The position numbers and the translations under genes are program-made. The notes beneath the pieces were generated by a model. That model did not search any database and had not been told where the DNA came from. It was given only the letters and a program-made list of their open reading frames with translations. Shown here piece after piece: positions 33,510 through 36,378 of a DNA stretch of 36,378 nt. This DNA comes from a virus. Taxonomy: Duplodnaviria; Caudoviricetes. Numbering within the stretch: the stretch's first letter is position 1; every line of letters begins with the position of its first letter. The stretch is from positions 1 through 36,378 of IMG/VR virus record IMGVR_UViG_3300020045_003741; one strand, given 5' to 3'.

Positions 33510-33670
33510 TACTTCCCATCCTCGCTATCAGCCAGTTTTAACCGGATAGCATCCGCTATCCATTCAGACAATCCCATGCTAGCCTTGGCCGCAGCAATCT
33601 TTATCGGCGTATGCAGCGCCAGCGGCAAGGATGCCTGAAACGCGTCTTTTTTCTTTTTTGATGTTTCCAT
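33509..33670 (-). CDS. Ribbon-helix-helix regulator (53 aa, not in the ORF track)
   Basis: METSKKKKDAFQASLPLALHTPIKIAAAKASMGLSEWIADAIRLKL; GAGGA RBS; TAATG coupling with the ATPase. Confidence 0.75.
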   Translation of the reverse strand: METSKKKKDAFQASLPLALHTPIKIAAAKASMGLSEWIADAIRLKLADSEDGK

Positions 33671-33702
33671 CTTGATTCCTCTTTTGTGTTAATGTCGAAC
33701 AC

Positions 33703-33730
33703 ATCATAACATAAAAATAAAATAATACAA
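33703..33730 (-). promoter_or_regulatory. Sigma70 promoter for the RHH-recombination operon
   Basis: TTGTAT-16 nt-TATGAT with an extended TG. Confidence 0.55.
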
Positions 33731-33738
33731 ATTATTTT

Positions 33739-34155
33739 TTACCTAAAACAATACGCCTTCGCCGCACTGATTCGATCCCGTGCCAGCGATACCCGTGCCG
33801 CATCCTCTTCCGTCAAGGCCATGCCTTTGGATACCGCAAATGCCGCCAGGTCAATAATACCCGCCTCATATTCCAATGACCGCAATACCGTGGCCGCATC
33901 AAAATATTGGCGCTTGTGGCGTTCATAATTGGCCGTCAAGTCGCGCGGGAACAAATCCGATACCTTGAGTCCGATGCTATCGCAAATATCGTCTATGCCG
34001 CAGCCTGACCAGCATTTGATTAATATCTTGCCGTCATCGGTTAATTTAATGGCAAGACTTGGATGTTTGTCGTCATGGGCAGGGCAGCCGGCGACCCATT
34101 GATTTGTTTTGGTGGATTTGACGCGGGACAGGCGCGACAGCAGGGTATCGATCAT
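33739..34155 (-). CDS. Stand-alone primase zinc-binding domain (CHC2-type) protein
   Basis: CPAHDDKHPSL..ILIKCWSGC..IGLKVSDLFP; no catalytic domain in 138 aa. Confidence 0.85.
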   Translation of the reverse strand: MIDTLLSRLSRVKSTKTNQWVAGCPAHDDKHPSLAIKLTDDGKILIKCWSGCGIDDICDSIGLKVSDLFPRDLTANYERHKRQYFDAATVLRSLEYEAGIIDLAAFAVSKGMALTEEDAARVSLARDRISAAKAYCFR

Positions 34156-34418
34156 TTTGCTTCGCTCTTTTTATAAGCATTTATCATTTCATGATCGGAA
34201 TCATAAAATGTACAGTCATCAAAAAAAGAGCGCGTCACAACAATGGTGTCTGTTGGTTCTCCGGTCATGAAGCTAAACAGCATGCAGCAGCCTGATCTGT
34301 CCTTTTTCAACTCCACTATATAGCCTTGGTATTTTATCTTTTCATCTTGCCAGTAATGGAAAAAAGCGATAGGTGTATCAGCGTACGACCTTGGCTTGTA
34401 GTCTTTTATCGTTTTCAT
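34152..34418 (-). CDS. Hypothetical protein
   Basis: 88 aa; ATGA overlap with the zinc-finger gene. Confidence 0.7.
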   Translation of the reverse strand: MKTIKDYKPRSYADTPIAFFHYWQDEKIKYQGYIVELKKDRSGCCMLFSFMTGEPTDTIVVTRSFFDDCTFYDSDHEMINAYKKSEAK

Positions 34419-34490
34419 TTTATAGCCCTTTTGTTTTAAAGTGTAGATAGTGTAATATGCTGGAAAACAACAATCAAGGAAAATAATATT

Positions 34491-34682
34491 ATGGTTATAG
34501 ATGCTAGAGAAGAAAGAGCAATTAGCCTAAAGGAAACCGCAGCTATCCTTAGTGTTTCACGGCCAACATTATTGAAATTACTGGATGAAAGGAAGTTAAA
34601 GTCAGTGCGTGTGTCGCCGGGGCGAAGGGCCGTCTTGCGCTCAGAGCTGGATCGGTATCTTGCCTCATTGACAGCGGAGTAG
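34491..34682 (+). CDS. Excisionase-like HTH DNA-binding protein
   Basis: ISLKETAAILSVSRPTLLKLLDERKLKSVRV..RAVLRSELDRY; AAGGA RBS. Confidence 0.85.
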   Translation: MVIDAREERAISLKETAAILSVSRPTLLKLLDERKLKSVRVSPGRRAVLRSELDRYLASLTAE

Positions 34683-34688
34683 TTCGGC

Positions 34689-36011
34689 ATGAAAATCGAA
34701 AAAGTATTGAATCGATTTGATGAACAAATGCGGCGCATGGCAGAGGCCGAGGCCGAAGCAGAACTCGACCCATACGAACCTGAAGCGCAGGAATGGAACC
34801 CAAACCTGAGCGATGCCATTGATTACATTATCCCCTTCGATTGCGTGGCCCGAGATATACAGCAATGGATTTTATCGTCCAGCATTTACCCGCAACCGGC
34901 TATTTCTTTTGCCGCTACAATGTCTATCCTTAGCGTTGCCATAGGGCGCGGCGTGGCGTATGAAAATATCAAGGGGAATCTCATGTACTTGTGTATGGCC
35001 GAGTCAGGTGAGGGCAAAGACTGGCCGTTTAAGGCGGCAAAAAAAGTATTGGATGCCGTAGACATGGGCAATCGTGTGCATGGGCGCATGGCGTCAGGCG
35101 CGGCGCTTTATGAGTCATTGGACAGTCATCCATCCATGCTGTTCCACATTGATGAGTTCGGCAATTACTTGAGCAGCATTAACGGCAAGAATAGCAACCA
35201 ATACAGCAAGGAGATCGTTGACATCATGACGGAGTGCTATACATCCGCCGATGGTTGCGTGTACAGCAAAACACTGAAAGGCAAGGAGCCGCTCAAAATT
35301 ACCGAGCCGAATTTGTGCGTGTTTGGACTTAGCACGGAACGCCAAGTGTTCGATGGTCTGCGAACGTCTGACCTGGCTAACGGTTCATTAGCGCGCTATT
35401 CACTTCTTTTTGGTCTGTCCGGCATGGAGCCGCGCAGGATTAAGCCGGAGGCGCGGGAGTTGCCGATAACGATCGTTGAAAGGTTGCGAGAGTATATCGA
35501 TAGCGTGCAGCCGTTTATGATTGCGTCCCGTCAGATACCTGTTTCCGAGAAATACGATGATGCCAAGTTTGATTTATCGTTAAGACTTAAGCGATTCAGC
35601 AATGAGTTAATTAAAAACGATGGAAATAAGGCCGCTTTCGTTCCCATGGTCAATAGAATTGCCGTAAGGTGCATACAGCAAGCCATGATTATTGATTTGT
35701 GTCATAGCGTCGATGTATTGGCTTGGATTGAAAAGCTGGAAATGGATTCGGTTAATGTATTTATGAAAAAGTTTTTGCACCTTGGGGCGGATAACGAAGA
35801 TGAGCGTTTGGCGAACTTGTTACATGCCAAGATTAAGGAGGCCGGTACGAAAGGCATAAGCGCCAAGGATTTGATTTTTAAGACTCGCCAGATAAAAACG
35901 CCTGTAAGACAGGCTATGATTAGGGATTTGTTGGATTGTGGAATTATCGGTGAACGGAAAATAGACAAGGGAACGCAGCGATTTACTACGGTTTATTTTT
36001 GGATTAAATAA
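34689..36011 (+). CDS. DUF3987-like P-loop ATPase, putative replicative helicase/origin-binding protein
   Basis: IYPQPAI, Walker A AESGEGKD, Walker B FHIDEFG, GSLARY; winged-helix-like C-terminus. Confidence 0.8.
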   Translation: MKIEKVLNRFDEQMRRMAEAEAEAELDPYEPEAQEWNPNLSDAIDYIIPFDCVARDIQQWILSSSIYPQPAISFAATMSILSVAIGRGVAYENIKGNLMYLCMAESGEGKDWPFKAAKKVLDAVDMGNRVHGRMASGAALYESLDSHPSMLFHIDEFGNYLSSINGKNSNQYSKEIVDIMTECYTSADGCVYSKTLKGKEPLKITEPNLCVFGLSTERQVFDGLRTSDLANGSLARYSLLFGLSGMEPRRIKPEARELPITIVERLREYIDSVQPFMIASRQIPVSEKYDDAKFDLSLRLKRFSNELIKNDGNKAAFVPMVNRIAVRCIQQAMIIDLCHSVDVLAWIEKLEMDSVNVFMKKFLHLGADNEDERLANLLHAKIKEAGTKGISAKDLIFKTRQIKTPVRQAMIRDLLDCGIIGERKIDKGTQRFTTVYFWIK

Positions 36012-36378
36012 CTCGATTGCAAATAAGCTCGGTTGCAAATGTCGATTTACAACTGAGTTTTTTTTATTCTTTTTTATTATCAATAGCTTACAAGCGAAAA
36101 TAACTCAGTTGTCAGTTGTAAGGGGGTCTTGAAAAGAAGAATAAAAAAGAGAGATGTAAAAAAGGTAAAAAATAGAAAAATAATTTACATCTCTTTATTG
36201 ATAAAAATGGAATATATAGAAAAGCCTTACAATTAAGAAAATGAGTCTATATATATATAATTTATTTTTTTTTTTTATATAATATAAAGACTTAGAGCGT
36301 TATTTTTTTATTTCTCGGTTGTAACTCAGGTGATTTACAGTTGTATTGGTTGCAACCTGAGCCAGTAAAAATAAAAAA
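36012..36378. other. Putative replication origin (continues into 1-140)
   Basis: Repeated CTCRGTTGYAA-like motifs in both orientations; IHF consensus TATCAATAGCTTA at 36078-36090; (TA)n and T12 tracts; directly downstream of the helicase gene. Confidence 0.6.
36258..36378. repeat. Terminal direct repeat, right copy
   Basis: Identical to bases 1-121. Confidence 0.95.

Noticed and set aside
36012-36125. Short repeats as a mini-CRISPR array
   Set aside because: The repeats are 11-13 bp, degenerate, in both orientations and irregularly spaced; no cas genes.

Overview
The window is an apparently complete, circularly assembled genome of a short-tailed (podovirus-like) dsDNA phage. Bases 1-121 are repeated exactly at 36258-36378, giving a unit length of about 36,257 bp. 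The + strand (about 0.4-24.9 kb) carries small accessory genes, terminase small and large subunits, portal, a block of beta-rich putative head accessory proteins, an FmdB-type zinc-ribbon protein, scaffold, major capsid protein, a free-standing HNH endonuclease, tail tubular A- and B-like proteins, a GNAT protein, four putative ejection proteins, a Gly-rich tail fibre, an LPD23/zincin-like protein with an inserted ParB/Srx-like domain, and a lysis cassette. The - strand (about 24.9-34.4 kb) carries early accessory and recombination/replication genes: VRR-NUC, SF2 helicase, HNH-AP2, gp157-like, SSB-like, Sak4-like ATPase, an RHH protein and a stand-alone primase zinc finger. A divergent HTH gene and a DUF3987-like helicase lead into an AT-rich putative origin with repeated motifs that spans the contig join. 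I could not recognise an integrase, CI repressor, DNA polymerase, primase catalytic domain or spanin. Sigma70-type promoters, IHF consensus sites, an XerD arm and attC-like sequences suggest a proteobacterial host (inference). The most notable signals are: (1) an integron-style, attC-flanked gene cassette with an antisense ORF interrupted by TGA (25.2-25.6 kb); (2) a roughly 500-nt early leader with a short ORF/terminator, long stems and a 158-nt tRNA-shaped RNA (27.5-28.0 kb); (3) a perfect XerD arm just before terS in a phage with no integrase; (4) a ParB/Srx-like domain inserted into a virion-region metallopeptidase. All calls come from motif recognition by eye; no searches or folding programs were run.
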